64,000 bases of DNA from Ramazzottius varieornatus (Eukaryota > Animalia > Tardigrada), in contig BDGG01000002.1 of NCBI GenBank assembly GCA_001949185.1, positions 558,001 to 622,000 of the forward strand. The letters are read 5' to 3'. Every line of letters starts with the position of its first letter. Position 1 is the stretch's first letter. The notes beneath the pieces are model-generated. The model did not search any database, was not told the DNA's origin, and saw only the letters and a program-made list of their open reading frames with translations. Shown here one piece after another: positions 12,501 through 27,500 of this stretch. The translations under genes and the position numbers were made by a program.

Positions 12501-15500
12501 TTCTGACGAAGTCATCTGACCAGTGGTCAGATGGCCAAATGAACTTGAGCATCGTGTTCCTCGATGTCTAGTACAGTAGATTACAACAGCAAACTTTGCC
12601 CTTGGGGCCTAAAACTTCAAAATCGATTCCTGAATATTTTGACCAGCGATTTTTATCCAGTAAACTGGGCTGCCGATACCCACATGGTATTTGCAGTCTC
12701 GAACCTACTGAAAACCCATCGAAATTTCTTCTGTCTGGGTTGTTCTGACATCGCTGAGGTGGGCCGATGTTTCAGTGAAAGCATACAACTTTAAGTGATA
12801 CAGTCCGGTCGCTCGAAAAGTGTAGAAACGTATTCGGTTTCAGTTTGAAGCTTGCTAAACGTTCACCGAACAGCATGGAAAGCTAAGGTCCGAAGTTACG
12901 TCACAGAAACATTATAGCGTGGTTTGACGGAGATAATCAAGTCGCACATTTCCGTCTGTATGGTGTGGTAGGCACTGTTGTTGACTTTGAATGATTTTTG
13001 TGGTTAGAATGCGAAAAATTTTATACACATTTCGAGCGTCCGGAATGTATCTGAATTCAGGGCGGATTGAGGTCCTGAGGATGGGTAAGGCTGATCAGCC
13101 TGTAATACTGGAAAACTGATTTTTTGAGCTTCGAGGCACGGAAACATCGCAACCGAGTCTTGTAAGTTCAGACAAAATGTATGGGGTTGATAATGGCAGG
13201 TTTGGATAAAACTCAAGGTGCTATGATACAAGTCTTCATACGAAACCGCCTCGGTCTCTACATATGTATTTTGTATTGGTACAAGTCCCGATTTCGCGGT
13301 AGAGCTGCTAAAAACCAGACCAGACCAATTAGAAAGTGGTTTATATGGTTTATGTGGTTCGTGGTTTGACATCTAAACCAAACCACCTCAAACCATATGG
13401 TATCTCAAACAAAACCACTCAAACCGGTTTCGATCTCATGCCAAACCATATGAACCACTGGTTTATGTGGTTTGATAGAGTCTGCGGTAAAGCGCAATTT
13501 CATACGATATCTGCAGATTCTGTGCTAGGAGTCGCGCCGAAATTGGCCGTTTGACAGTGCCAATCGTTTTCCCCCCACTGCCACCGTGCGCAGCCACATC
13601 GTTCTGAGTGCCACGTGGTGCACAGCTTTAACTGGGTGAGCACTGTGTCATAAGCTGCACGACACCAGAACAACGCCTTCCGCCAGGTAGAAATCGCAGT
13701 TCTGGCAGCGTTGGACAACACTGCTGGTGGAAAAGTGATTGCACTACCGGATGGCTTGCCCTGATGCTTCTTAATTCCAGCACGCGCCAGTTTTGCTTGT
13801 TCGCGTCTGTTTGTAGAGAAACCAGCAACGATCGCTCAACTTCTTATGTCCTCGGTGGTTTTTTTCGCTGATTAGTCCATTGAAGAAAACTGTCAGGATT
13901 TACTATGTACTGGTGACCGAAAAGCTGTTCGCAAACTGGTTCAAACCGGTGGTTTATGTGGTCTGGTTTGAAGTTTAGACCAGACCACTTTTGGGGGTTC
14001 GCGGGAGAAACCATTTTCATTTAACCGTTTGGAATGCCAATCACCACTTAAACCAAACCAAACCATATGGTTCAAACCATTAACAGCTCTCTTTTGCGGT
14101 TTTGATTCAAACTAAGGTACCAAGAACTGTAACAGTCGCCCGAAACTGGTCAAAGCAGAAAATTTTGCGACCTGCCTCACGAGGCTTCCGTTTCCTCCTT
14201 TTTCATCGCGAAGTTTCCAGCCTGTAGAGGCTGCGATTGGGACAGGCTGAGCCTCGCCAGCCTTATGGGTCAATGCGCCCCTGTCTGAATTTGCTCTGGA
14301 ATTTCCGTGGATCGGCCGACGGGGTTCATCTGCATCAGTGCCGTTCCACAGGGCTATGGCCCTGTAAAACAGAATTGTGTCGACCGGGCCTTTTCGCTCA
14401 CACAACGCAGACTCAGGACCTAGCCGATGGGGCTCCGGACTGACTGGAGTCCTGCAGTACTTTACTACTGTAATCTCCGTACACGCAAGACGAGAAATTA
14501 TGGTACAGTAAAAATTATGGCACAAACGGAAAGGACGACAAAATAGAAATTCGACCGTAGAAAGGTGTCTAAATATGTATTACTGTGAATCGGTCACGTA
14601 CTTACGTGCTCCCGCACCGCCGTAGCGAAAAGGCTTGTCCTACAATTTTTACTGTACCACAAGTTTTTGTACTGCTTGTACGTCACTCAAGCGATTTCTC
14701 CGACGATACAACGATGAGGTTACGGTGTCGACACACAGTGGCAAAGCTCTGTCGTCATCGCACTCAGTAAAGCACACTCAATCAATGTTGGAATGCACGA
14801 AAGAGGGAGCATCTGATCGAGAAAGTTTGTTCAAAGTGATGTCATGGCCGAGGTAGCTAAAGTCACTGTCTGTGTGCTTCGCTTATCCCCTAACACACTT
14901 ACCGGCTGTGACGTATGAATATTACCGGTGAGAATACAGTATTGTAGTCCTACCAAATTATCGCGCACTCAACCACGTGAACAGTAAATGATGCCCCGGT
15001 GAGAGTCATTGAGGCTAAAATGATTCATCTGGTCGCACTGGGTAACGATGACTCATCACGTGGTTTAGTCCGGGATAATTTGGTAGCACTAAAGTACCTG
15101 CGAAAATGTCCGTACGTTACAGCTACTATTTCTCCTAGAATGGCAGTATGGAGTTTGCGATAACTGGCGGGGCTAAAAGTTGTTGTAGTCAACTACGCCA
15201 ATGGTAAACCAGCTGTCCGATCAATGGTTTCTCTTAGAAAGTAGATTTCACTTCAAGTATCGTTTTCCAATGTGCTGCTTTCCAAATGCAAAATGAGATT
15301 GGCTGCTTTCATCTGGTCCCATCAACCAGAACCGCGCATAGAATATCAGAGGATAAGAGGACAGGATTAACGCCCTCTGGCCATAGAGTCTTGTGGCGAC
15401 TCAACAATCAAATTTGCCCGCTAATCGGACGCCTGTTAGATTATTACGCACCACCAGAGGGCACTAATCTTACCCGCTTACTCCCTGATATTCTGTGCAC

Positions 15501-18500
15501 GGCTCTGGCTAACTCCCATTTTCGAAGGTTGATTTCTGCGTAAACCGTACAGTGTACGAAAAAGTTAACCGTTAAACATGGGCGTAACACTCCAGCTGAG
15601 CTTACTTACGACTCAGCCAATGAGAATTAGGTTTTGCTGCATGCGCAAATTTTATTGGCTGTAACCATCTGGCTCTAACCATCTGCTTCCATACACCCAT
15701 TTTTCTTGGTTCATTTTGTCGTACACTGTACACAGCACCAACCAGCTGAGATTTCTCATTTCCGTTTCCTCTCCATGGATGTTCACATCTGGTTCGAATT
15801 TAGCTAACTTGATACACAGGTACTTTCTTGTATGCGACCTTGCGGTCTTGAACAATATGCTTACGCGTGGCCTCGACCTCGCAATAACGCACGCGCAACG
15901 AGCTCGGATATCTAGAGGTAGCGCAACTCGTGGACTGTCGTAAGGTGATCAGTCCAGCTTTCACTCGAGGTTTCCAATAGAGAAAGGCCGTCTCCGGTCC
16001 TTCCTGCTGCTACTAAAGCGAAGATAAAGCTCAGCAGATCCCTAGTCTTCCGTATACTGCGTACATCATTCATTCCTGCGCGGTCTTCCATTTAATCTAG
16101 ATATTTTTTCGGTTTCTAAATGCATCCTGGATGCAATTTGGGCTGCTCTATACAGCCTTGTGCGGGACCATACGCGCAAGTCAACCCTGAAAAGTGACGA
16201 CACGTTATTGAGTGCGCACTGCGTACATGGGGGGGGGGGAGTCTTCACCGGAATACTGATTAATACTTCACGTATGCCGTCAGTACCCACGGTTAAAGGC
16301 AACCAGCTACTGTCATCCCATCTTCGGCTACACTGTTTGGATAATATACTACAGTAGGATAATATACTACACACATGAAGGTTCTTTCAAATGCACAGAC
16401 CACTTAGGCAGCGAATACCATAAACTTGGGTGCGCACCATAATCCATATTTACACAAAAATACGAAATTATGGAAGGTGCTGAAACCGGCTAACATTTGA
16501 ACTAATCATAAGATCGGTTCCGAATTTTGACAATAGATGTAGAACTCCAGTCTTAGGCACATGCATCCAATCCAGCTGTTTCGGTCGGTAATCAAGCTTG
16601 CCAAATTGTTATTAAGATTTTTACTATAATGCTCCACTCATAGTTCGTATCGGTGATTTCTCAATCCAAATGTTAATCCTGATTACACCGAGTTCGAAAA
16701 TCGATGATACTTCTGACATTTTAATGGTGCTTTTCTTCATTTAGTGTATAACACCACGAAAACTGCGTTTGACAAGCTGTCAGTTGGAGTAACGGGCACC
16801 TTCGCAGCCATCAATAACGTAAATCGGGACGCATCGGTGCAGGGTCAGAGGATGGACGCAATCATTTTGGATTCAAACTGCAAAGACCTGATCTGCACGA
16901 AAGATGGTATTGGAGGTTCCAAATCTCTGTCACAAAAGTTTTCGAATACGGACGCTTTTGATGTAAGTGCGGGCGGTGGAATTGTAGGATCTTCCTAGAA
17001 ATATCCTTCACGTACAAACGTATACAGGTTTAACAAGCTGCATAACGTCCCGCTGGAATATCAGCTCATTATTAGATTTTACACGGCATTACACGCGTCG
17101 CATTACATTCGCATTACATCTGAATCGAATAATTTTTTTACCGGTGTCGCAGTACTCGGTGTTCAAAAACAGTCCTGAAGATATCGCTTAATTCGTCCTA
17201 ATCAGAAAAAAACCTACAAAACCAGATCGTGAAACTCAACCAATCTAGTGCCGAACGTTGATTAGTGCAGCCGTCTGCAGCTTGCACGTTGCAGGCGGTA
17301 CTTTTTGAACAGAGCACCGGAGAAACACAAGCGAGCCAGGTTTGCTGATCGACAGAGTTCATTAGTATAAGTACTTGTCAATCGCTCTGCAACTTTCAAA
17401 TAGAGGTGGTTTGGGGTATGTGCTAAGCTCTTACATATTTGCGTTACATTAAAACTGAGGATGGTTTTTCCTATGTGACGCTTCTGGCGAAATTCCAGAT
17501 TGTTCAGGAAACTACTTTTTCTGGAGGAGTGTTAGACGCACGCTCTAAACGGCTGATAAAGTCATCTATCTAGTAGCCAGGAGCACAAACGAGGAAGCCA
17601 TTTTATTTGGGAATCACACGGGTGTAAATTTTAGCGACAAGGGTCCCGAAGACAAATCTGTCATTTTTAAAGCTTAACTCGCCAATGATAGGTCGAGTAT
17701 CTGAATTCTCAAGATTCAGATGCCACGCTCCTCGATATGTGCAACCGAAACTTTTCAATGTAGAAATGAACTCTGACCGTTCAGCATTTTCATTGCTGAA
17801 GCGTAAATGACAGTAGGCGCACTGTGTGACGTCTTGTTTAAAGACGCAGAAATCAAAGTTCACTACGATTCACTCTGCGAACATCTGGTAATATTTTCTG
17901 TTCAATGTAAGATGCGATTATCGGTTGGTCAAAATTTATATCAAGACTGGGAGTTTTGGAGGAATCTTTTGCGCTAAAACGAACTTGTGATAGTTTTATG
18001 TGTCATATGCTTGTTTTCGTAAAGTCCCGCACTCAGTACTCCCGTCACGAGTGAATGCGCGGTTAGTAGCGCACCATGAATCACGTGGCTATACCGTTAG
18101 TGTGCGAGTATGTCAGGGCAAGGCACTGCGTACAATGCTGAGCTGCGTTGATCGACTTTGTACGATGACTAACGCAATTAATTAGTTAGCGGCATCGCCA
18201 AGTTTGCTTTAGGTGAAGCTGGGGTCCTACTCAACTTTCAGCCACTGGTAAAACTTCCGGTTTGAGTGCCAAGCGCGCCAACTTTAAATGTACGCGTATC
18301 TGAATGTTCCCTGGATCCTCATGTAAAAATAGGGCGAAAAGGTCGCCATGACCAAAAGCGGCAGTCAGCAAAAACCAGCGTCAGCTAATGTCTTGGCTTT
18401 GAGTATCCTTTACGCCAGATATCGCATTTAACAATACAGAACCAAGCCTCGTGATATTAGGGCTGTGGTATCTGATCTTACTTCCATTTTGCAGTTGTCG

Positions 18501-21500
18501 GCCACCCTGCAAACTTTCAAAAAGCAGATGGACAACGTTCAGAAAATTATCAAGTCACTGGATCCTTTATCATCCATTAGTGCGGCTCTCGCGATTGGTC
18601 TCTTCACTACCCCAAACTTCAAAGATGGTACGTGAACACTCGTTTTCAAACAAAAGCATTGCTACAAACAGTCCAGAGGCTTGTGAATTATGTTCCTCCC
18701 GCAGCCGTCATGTCTGTTGCATGGGCGCAACCCTCTCCTGAGGTAGGCTTCTGCTCAAAGTTTATGCCTCAGCTGACTTCAGTAAGGGCAGAGTCCATAT
18801 ACTCTCCATAGTCCCCCAACAGTGATTGCAAGAACGGCTAAAACAGAACCAGCTGTTTAGGGAAACTTCTAGCACGGCTAAGCGAACACCCGGAAACAAC
18901 CGGACTTTCGGCGAGCAACCATCCGCCCATCTGCTACAGGGTGGTGCGTGACGGTCATCGTACTGCACACTAGAGCGCGACAAGCACATGCCGCCCTAAT
19001 GTGCTCGCTTGCCATTTATGAGCACGAACGAGTGAGTCGATGTTTCTGTCGTTTGCTCCAATCGGCTTTAAGACCATGTTTCCACACTTCTGATATCGCC
19101 GTCCTGTACAGCTGGAGGACTATGGAGATTATATAATGGACTCTGGTAAGAGGAGCGATGTCTTACTTTCCTCAGAGTACAACGTTCCTCACCATACTTC
19201 ACGAACTATGCGCGGGCTTCTTAGTCTTTGTGACGTAGCCAGGACATAGGGGAACAAGTCTGTTCGCTGAGCAATGTGAGACCTCGCTCCTTGTAGCCCG
19301 AAAATAGCACGAAATCTAGACAGGCAGAACTTTTTGACTTGACTTTGCGCTGTTTCCGGTGGAAAACTCCAGTCAATCGCCAGGCGATCCGTTAGCCCAG
19401 AGCATAACTCACAAAACTGCCTCGGGTTGGGGGGCAAAAAACGTTCTTCCACAGGATATCTTACGTTCCTCTAAGGTTGTGCACTCCTAATTCCATCCCA
19501 TACTCCGTTCTTTTCCAGGAATTCCTCTCCGTTCCAATGCGTGGGGATCGGGATTGTTTTGTAAAACTTTCGAAGTACGAAAAACTGATAGAAATCTCGG
19601 GAAGAGTTCTTTCATTCTCCCGATTTTGCGGAAAACATTTAGCGTGATACTTCAATAATGATCTGTCGAAACTCCAGAAAGGTGTGCCCTTTGGGACGCA
19701 CAGCAGTTTCTCTTGCGTGGCCGTAACTTTTAAGTGTACGCAAGGGATATTTGGGAGATAGAGAGGGTTCTTCCACATCGTCCAAGCATTCATTCGCATA
19801 ACAAGAGTTCGTGTTGATCTATTTTTAGCACAAAAACAGAATTTTTTTCCAGTGTTTTGGATTTCCTAATTTTGCTCAAAGAGTTTTGGAAAAGTAAAAT
19901 AGGAATATTAGGAACTGTCCCATTTTCCATTCCAGGATGGCTTGGCGTGGAATGCACAACCTTACGTTCCTAAGGTTGTCACGGGTTCGTCCTTCATACT
20001 TAAGGGGATCGCAATATAATCGAAAACGCCACATGGGCTGATTTCGATATTAGACTCAGAACATCCGTAATTTTCTGCAGATTGTCAGTGCATCGAGGTT
20101 TTTCGAGTTCAAACCCGAACTTGTCGTACTCTTAAAGACAGAGATTTCAAGAGGGCGGCAGACAGACGGTTTCTGTCGAGACGACTCACAGCCTGTAGTA
20201 GAGGAAATCTCGGATAAGGGCGCCGCATTTACTGCATGCATGGGGTAGATAGGGCGTGCAAGGGACGCAAGGTTGTCAAAACGAAAGAAGCGTGTATGTT
20301 TTAATTGGACCGAAGTCGACTTCCCCATCTTCTGCTGCATATTTGTGAGAAGGAAGGACCATGCAGTATAACTGATCTCCAGCAATGACAACGGAGAGTA
20401 GCGTACTGCTTCGTGTGGATCGACAAATTACCGCATGGTTTGCGAACCATGCAGTCTTTCTTTAGAAACAACGAAGCATCTGGCAGCAGGCAATAGCGAG
20501 TCAGCTACACAGCCACTACTGATGGAGTGTGTCTTATCTTGTTACAGCGGTCTTACTCAAGCTACTGACCTATAAGACGGTTCTGCTCAAGACTGACCTG
20601 GCAAACATTAAGACAAAGTTCCTGGACCCCATGCGACCAAAAGTGGAAGCCTGGAGAATGATGACACAAAAATATGTGGACCCCTCAGTTTCTTCCAATA
20701 TGTGAGCTACGTTGTAATCATGTTTAACAGAACTCCCGCTGAAACCGCTTGCCCTTGACTTTCTACAGAAGCACTGCGGTTGGGTTATACGCTTTTCTAT
20801 TCTTCATCATATGCATCCTTTCATTTGCCGGAGTCGGAGTCGGACTGGTGTACTACAGGCCAGAAGTAAAACCTCATCATCGCAAAAACAATCAGGTGAT
20901 CGGAGGTACCCTACTGACAGCGTAAGTTACTGACCGAGTACTCTTTTTGGCGTGATAATAAACAGTTCAGTTTCCTAAAGCTGCTTGTACAATAGTTAAA
21001 CCGCAGCATGCACCCGCGGATAAAGTCAATTTTGAAAAGCACGGGAACAGCTGGAGTAGCAGAAGTCTAACATCCGCCGTTACAGGCGTTACTTGACACT
21101 CTGCGTACGACCGTGCTCTTTGTGTATACAGTCACTCAGTTCTATTCACCTCCCAGTTTTATCTTTTTTTCTTTCGTGTCTGGGTCTTTTTGTTTGCATG
21201 TAACTCGGTCTTCTTAGCAAAGCAACACTAATGACCAGCGGTCGGCAAAACCCCAGCACGCTGGAAATTTTTGGAAATTGTTTTTACGGTTTCGGGTGGT
21301 TTCGGTGGAATTTGGTGTTTCGTCTCTTCGCGCGAGACACAAGCACGGTTTTCGCTTACAAAACAGCTGGAACACTGGGGACAGTTTTATCTATCAAAGC
21401 CGAGCCGGGGATAAATTTTGTAGTCATCAGTGCAGTCAGAAGAAAATCAAGACGACCCGTTCTCCGTTTTGAGATTTAGCGTTCATGGCCTGCCAATTAT

Positions 21501-24500
21501 CCGAATTTTGAAATTTCGAAAATTGCCTATTGGTTGGACCAGCCTCACCAACACGGTACCAGCCAGTAAAATTCCTGTATACACAAAGAGGACGGTAGTA
21601 TTCTGCAAACATGAAAACGATCTTACTGCAAGTGTTAAGAAAAATTATTGTCTTAGACAGTGATGCTTCTGTTCATACCAACTAGCTAGTGGTTCTGACC
21701 ACTGGGAAAGCCAAGCGAATGTGGGGAAAGGAGGAGAAAAACCAGTCTGTCATGCGTTATCGCTGACCCCCAATCCTTACCTTCCCTTTCGCCTTTTTCG
21801 TTCCCCCTTCCATCCTCACAACTTTGCAGAGTTCCTGTTAGGTGGGCCAGCCGCTGCCGCATAGTTTTGGCCAACCAGAATCGCATCTACATAAAGAATT
21901 CGTTAGCCTTCGGTAAACACGAAAAACTTCTTGCTGATTATATGAAGTTGCTGTCTTCTGCAGAGCTCTGTACATGATTCTCGTCTTTTCGTGGGGTGCG
22001 ATGATTGCAACTGCCTACTTAATGGTCTACGCGTCACAGCTGGACGGAGCTCTATGTGGAGCGCTAAGCGGTGAAAGTACTGGTTTCTCCAAGCTTCGAA
22101 CGGTAATCCTCGAGTTACGGAAAATATATGAAATATGCCTTACTCTTCAGTCCATATACACTTCTTACCATAGTGAAGCTACCTGTATAAAACTATTTAC
22201 ATTGTTACAAGGGCGTGAAAGCAATGGAAGCCAACGCAACCGACTCGATGAAGCCTATCAACAACGGGACTGTCAACATCACACTCGATTGGGGAACTTG
22301 CCTTCTAAACTGTAAAAAAAATTCCCCGGCTCACACAGGGCTCAACATGTCGGCCTTCTGGTCCCCAGACGACGTCAAGACTCATTTCGACGTATTTGGC
22401 TTTAACACGACCTTCAGCAATATGACCTTCAATTCAACGCCTGTGTCATTCATGGACGAGGCCACTGCCCAATCCCAGAAAGATAAAATCAACGCGGCGA
22501 TAGTGGCTTCACCTTTGGACCCATACTTTGATGTAAGTCAACTGGAAGGTTATATCAGCTGGCAGGTGTCACAGCTTGTGAATATCCATAAGTAGCATTT
22601 GTTTGTACCTAGTGAAATAGTGGCTACATTGCATGAGAAACATCGAAAACGGTGCAGCATTTCATGCGTCACCTTCAGCTCTTCTTCACGCAGTCCGTTC
22701 CCCTGATTAACCGCAATCATCTGCCAACATCGTTTTTTGGCTGCCAAGTGATATGGCGGAGACGCCAGATCTATTCGTTAAGAGATTTGTTTCAAACTAA
22801 GACTCGAAACACCCTTCTCGGCAAAGTGTACTATCGATACCGCACTGATCAAAACTGATTCCGCTATTCACATCTCGCTCTAGAACCATTTTACTAAGCC
22901 GAAGCGAAACGAAGCGTTCTTAACCGGAAGCGTCCCTATGTCAAGTTTGACCACCCACGTGATGGCAGTTTTTGGGTCGACTCCGCGCCAATCGTATGTT
23001 CATTGGCTGGAGGGTTATACCCAGTTCACTAAAAAACAACATCTCACGCATCTGCATACACACGCTTCGCCGGAAGTTAAAATGTGTGGGTCAGTGAACC
23101 TATACGTAGAGTGTCGTAAGCTGGCAACCATGTGGCCTTCAAAGTTCGCTTTCGCCGATCAGCTTACTGCTTTGACGTGTAGCCTGATTAGCGTGATAGC
23201 ATTTTCGTTCGGTGAAGAAGATGCCTGCGGCTGTGTGAGTGACATGATAGCGGTGACAGTGAGTTGCTGGAGCTGCACTGATGGCTGTCACAAGTTTGTG
23301 GAACTTCGCTTCGCTCGGTTCTGCGTACTTGCAGCAACCATCAGCGTAACTCTTGCGACAAACTGCATCCTTCAAGATTCGGTTGTAAGGGTTTTTTGAC
23401 CTAGTGCGCAAAGGCGCCTAGGTAAGAATGATCGCGATGCAGTTAATTGATCTGGCTATCAAAGTAAGTGAACCATTCTGCTCCTTACACGGTAACTGAA
23501 CGAGCAAAGGAGGCGGCCAAGCTCCTGCTCTCAGGCAAGAAGTACGTGAATTCGGGCTGAGTAGTACTCCAACCCGAACGGTTTACGAGTACGAAGGCGC
23601 CGAAGTGCGATTCGCCAGGGGTTACAGTGGGCGAAGATTATTTCAGCGGATGCGGATGGTACCCCGTGTCGCGGCTTTTGCCACCGTTCATTGCACACTC
23701 TGTATTCTGAGTATAGTTTGGTTCTACTACTTTCTTTACCACAGTCCTCAGTGCATAAAAGTCATCCGTTTAAAGTGTCAGTGATCTATGAAGTCGTCAT
23801 GTTTCCGCGAGTTACGGTCACACTGAACGAGGCTTTTCCAAGGGTTTACTCCTTGCAAGTTATAAGTTCGCCAGTTTACTTGAGTACATCATGTGGTAAA
23901 GCTCCCCGCTTTGCCCCGTATAGAATTTCCACAAAACTGTTCGCCCTTATAGAAAGATATTCTTGCAAACTCTGGGGGTAATTACCAGTTGAAATACCCC
24001 CACATGGGGTTTTGCATCAGCACAGATGCAAGCGCAATTTGACGCTATACGACGTCTTGGTGACGTCAAAAAATTTTCACTCAAAATTTCGAATCCTTTC
24101 CAACTTTTCTGACCTAATCACCTGACCACTGGCCAGACAGCCTTATAAACTTCCAGTATAACTAGTCGTATCATTATCTAGCATCTATAATTATTTGTAC
24201 AACAACTCAACGTTTGAGCGATGAGCTCCACCGAAGCTCATATGCATTCCACGCTCATGCATGAAAAGTCTCGCTCAAGTGGTCTATCAACTATTCCAGT
24301 GGGTTCTAGCAAGTATCGATATTGCTCAGATACTTGTAAGAGGCAGACAACACAGTTCTGCCGTACCCGATTTTGAGACGTAATTCGGGCGGCCTGGAAA
24401 CGAAGAACTGAGTGAGTTGTAACAGTGATTTTACAAATTCAAACCGTCCGAATTTCGTTCCAGAAACAGATAAGGCAGAACTCTGGTGTCCGACTTCGTA

Positions 24501-27500
24501 ATGAGAAGTCCCTCTTCCTTGTCTGATTATTCAAAAGGCCCAAATAGCCTGCTGAATGATTTAAGAAAACTGACATGACGATGTAACTAGCGATATCAAG
24601 TGGACTTCTGCTCTCGCCTGCAAGGAGATTTTCATCTTCTGAACTCCGAGCGTTTCTGAAGAACTCGAGACAGCACGCATGAATACGAAGGCAACGATAC
24701 TTGAATTTACTGGTGTTCCACTACTTCGAATAAAAGTTGAATGCCTTGTTTTGTCCTACAGGCTCTGGATAAGTTCAATTTCAGTAGTAGTCTGGACAAC
24801 TGGAAAACAATGGATGTCACAAGCTACAAAGACTGGACAGCCAACGGAACTATTCCCGCCAATGAGGTGTTTTTCACCGAATACGCTAAAGTGCAAATGA
24901 TAGCAGCCTTGGCCATGACGTCGTCGGCCAATATGTCCCTCATTAGCACCAGTATTGTGCCATTGACCAGAGCTATACAGAACACGACCGCCAGAGCGTT
25001 CTTGTCTCTCAAGGTATGCCTCCTTTACCTCCGTCAGAAACTTCTCGACAATTTTTTCGTGGGCAGGAAGCTACAAAAGCCAACGTGACCGCATTCAAAG
25101 CAGCATTGAATGACACATTTAGAGCGGCTGCCAGTGCTGCTATAGATGCTGCAAAGGACCTTCAAGGTTCTCTCTCAAGTGTTCCATTCAGCGACGTAAG
25201 TGCAAACTAGAGATAAGCAGTTGGTAATGATAACACGCCGAACGAAATCATTGCAGGTTGGAGTTGTTCGTTACAGAGAGTAGAGGCCGATATGTTGTTC
25301 CAGGCCCGTGTCGTTTCGAAACGACCCTTGCACTGTAGCTGTAGCTATTGCTGTGCACTGTAGCTATTGGCCGGAACAGATTACTGCCCATCGTTCGAGA
25401 AAAACGGCAGTAGGCTTTCCGATTTTCAGACCCGCGATAAATTACAGCAGACGTTCTCCCTAGTTCTGATGCTAGTATGGCTGACCGGCACTACTCGTGA
25501 CAGAAACGTAAGAAATTTTGCATGGTGAATTTTAAGGATCTAGACCTCAAAGAATGAATCTCCATCGCCACGAGACCAACACAGCTGATAGACTTTGTTC
25601 TTTGAACAGAGTAGACAAATGACGCGTATTGCAGCCGGCTGACCACAGAAAAACATTCCCAAATTGTTCAAAAAACGGTTTTTTTTGTTTGGGGTACTTT
25701 CAGACAGTTTGAAACGGCTGACACATCCTTGTGTAGTGCTCATCGGAGAAGCTCACGGTACAAGATCTACGGTCGCCAGACGAACGCCAACCGAGATATG
25801 GGTATCTGCATATGAGAATGCGTCCAAAGTATTTCCGCCCGCTACTGGTTTTTCATGAGATTAAGTCGTTTAGATTGTCGACCTTCAACGGAGCTTGAAT
25901 TTAGGGAAGTTTGGGGCGGTGACGAAAACATAACGAATGGCTGTAAATGTCGAGATCATCAATCGAAGGACAGAGGGGTGTTAACGGCCAGCCCTGCCGT
26001 TAGCGGCGCGTTCCAGCTAGAGCCATTCTGACTAGAAATTCCTGTTCCTCAGCGTCTGTTTGATATAGGCTTGTATTGTCTGAGTTCATTTCGAGAGCTC
26101 GGAACTTTAAAACGGTCTCCTGGACAATTTGGTCAATACCTTTTAGACGCATTGTCATATATATGCACATACCCATATGGGTTTGGAAGATAAGGGTGCT
26201 ACTGTAACCCTTCTAACATCTTTAGTACGTCACTGGTCTTTTGCTTAAGAGAAGCATTACGAAGGCAACCGCTTGGTCAGATTACAGTTACGTCAGAGCA
26301 ACCTCAGCAACAGATAAAAAACGTTGGAAACATGGAAGTATCAGCCGAGTAGAGAGAAATGACGGGAAGTAAAAAAGTGTTCAGCTTACATCATCGTCGA
26401 AGCCAAACACATTTTCTGCAAATTGAGAAATCTGTATCAGCTCAGTTTCCGACGGTTCTTCAACTGGCACATCCATCCACAGCTCATCTACAATCTTGCA
26501 CTTATGAAAGCAGTTAACAATAGTCGACGGCTTCACGAGTTTCCACGCTTCTACCAGCCAACCCACTGCATCGAAAATCGTCAGGCCTTTCACAAAACTT
26601 TCAACGTTGCTTACATACTGCATATTTGTGAACACTCGTTTATAAAGAAACTTTTTGTACTCGTCTTTCAGACATTTTATAATGCCCGCATCGCATGGCT
26701 GCGCTTTTGCGGTACAGTTAGGCGGCAAAAACCGTAGCTCTATGTTGGGACGAGAAGCGACGTTGTGGCCAGAAAAATTGTTCACTAGGAGCAGAATGTG
26801 ACGTTCTTCCTTGACCATTAAAGCGTTAAACCAGTCCAAGTATTCTTCAAAGATGACCGTAGTCATCCAGGCAGTCTTGTTGTACGAATAGTTGAAACCG
26901 TAGTCGTCGGAGTTGATGTTGAATACTGCATTCCGTTCGAAAGATCGAGGCTGAGCAGATGTATCTATAACCGACAAGAATTTGAATTTGTCTTCTGCTC
27001 TTTGTAATTTCAAACCTCAAATTTTTCTAGTTCCAAACTTACTGATGATCCATAGAGGAAGCTTGCGCCCTCCGCCGGAAACAGATATATGAGCCGTAAT
27101 TCGATCCTTCGCTATCTTGATTCCTTTGTCCTGTATATTGCCAAAAACAAGAGACTTGGTCCCGGCATTCCTCCACCATATTCCGGTCTCATCGCAGTTC
27201 CAAATATTCTCCGGATGGATAAGTTCCAAAAGGGCTGCCAAGTCAACGGTAAGCCACTGCTCTAAGGCTATCAAATCTGTACTAGATTCCTCTCCTGTGA
27301 AAATCAAAGTGTTCCTCGGTTATTCCCCAGCCTTCGCACAGTTCTCTCACATGAAATATAACTAGAGTAAGTTAAAAGTTACCATGAAGCTGTTTGAGGT
27401 TCACGTTGTGGCGACCACAGAACTTATCGTACCATCCCCAGCTGCATCGAAAGTCGGCAATTGCTAAAGTCGACGCAACAAACGTAGCGACGTTCATGAG

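Noticed and set aside
26965-27042. Apparent stop/break in the first transposase
   Set aside because: Explained by a GTAAGT...TTATAG intron that restores PLWIINTSAQPRSF.
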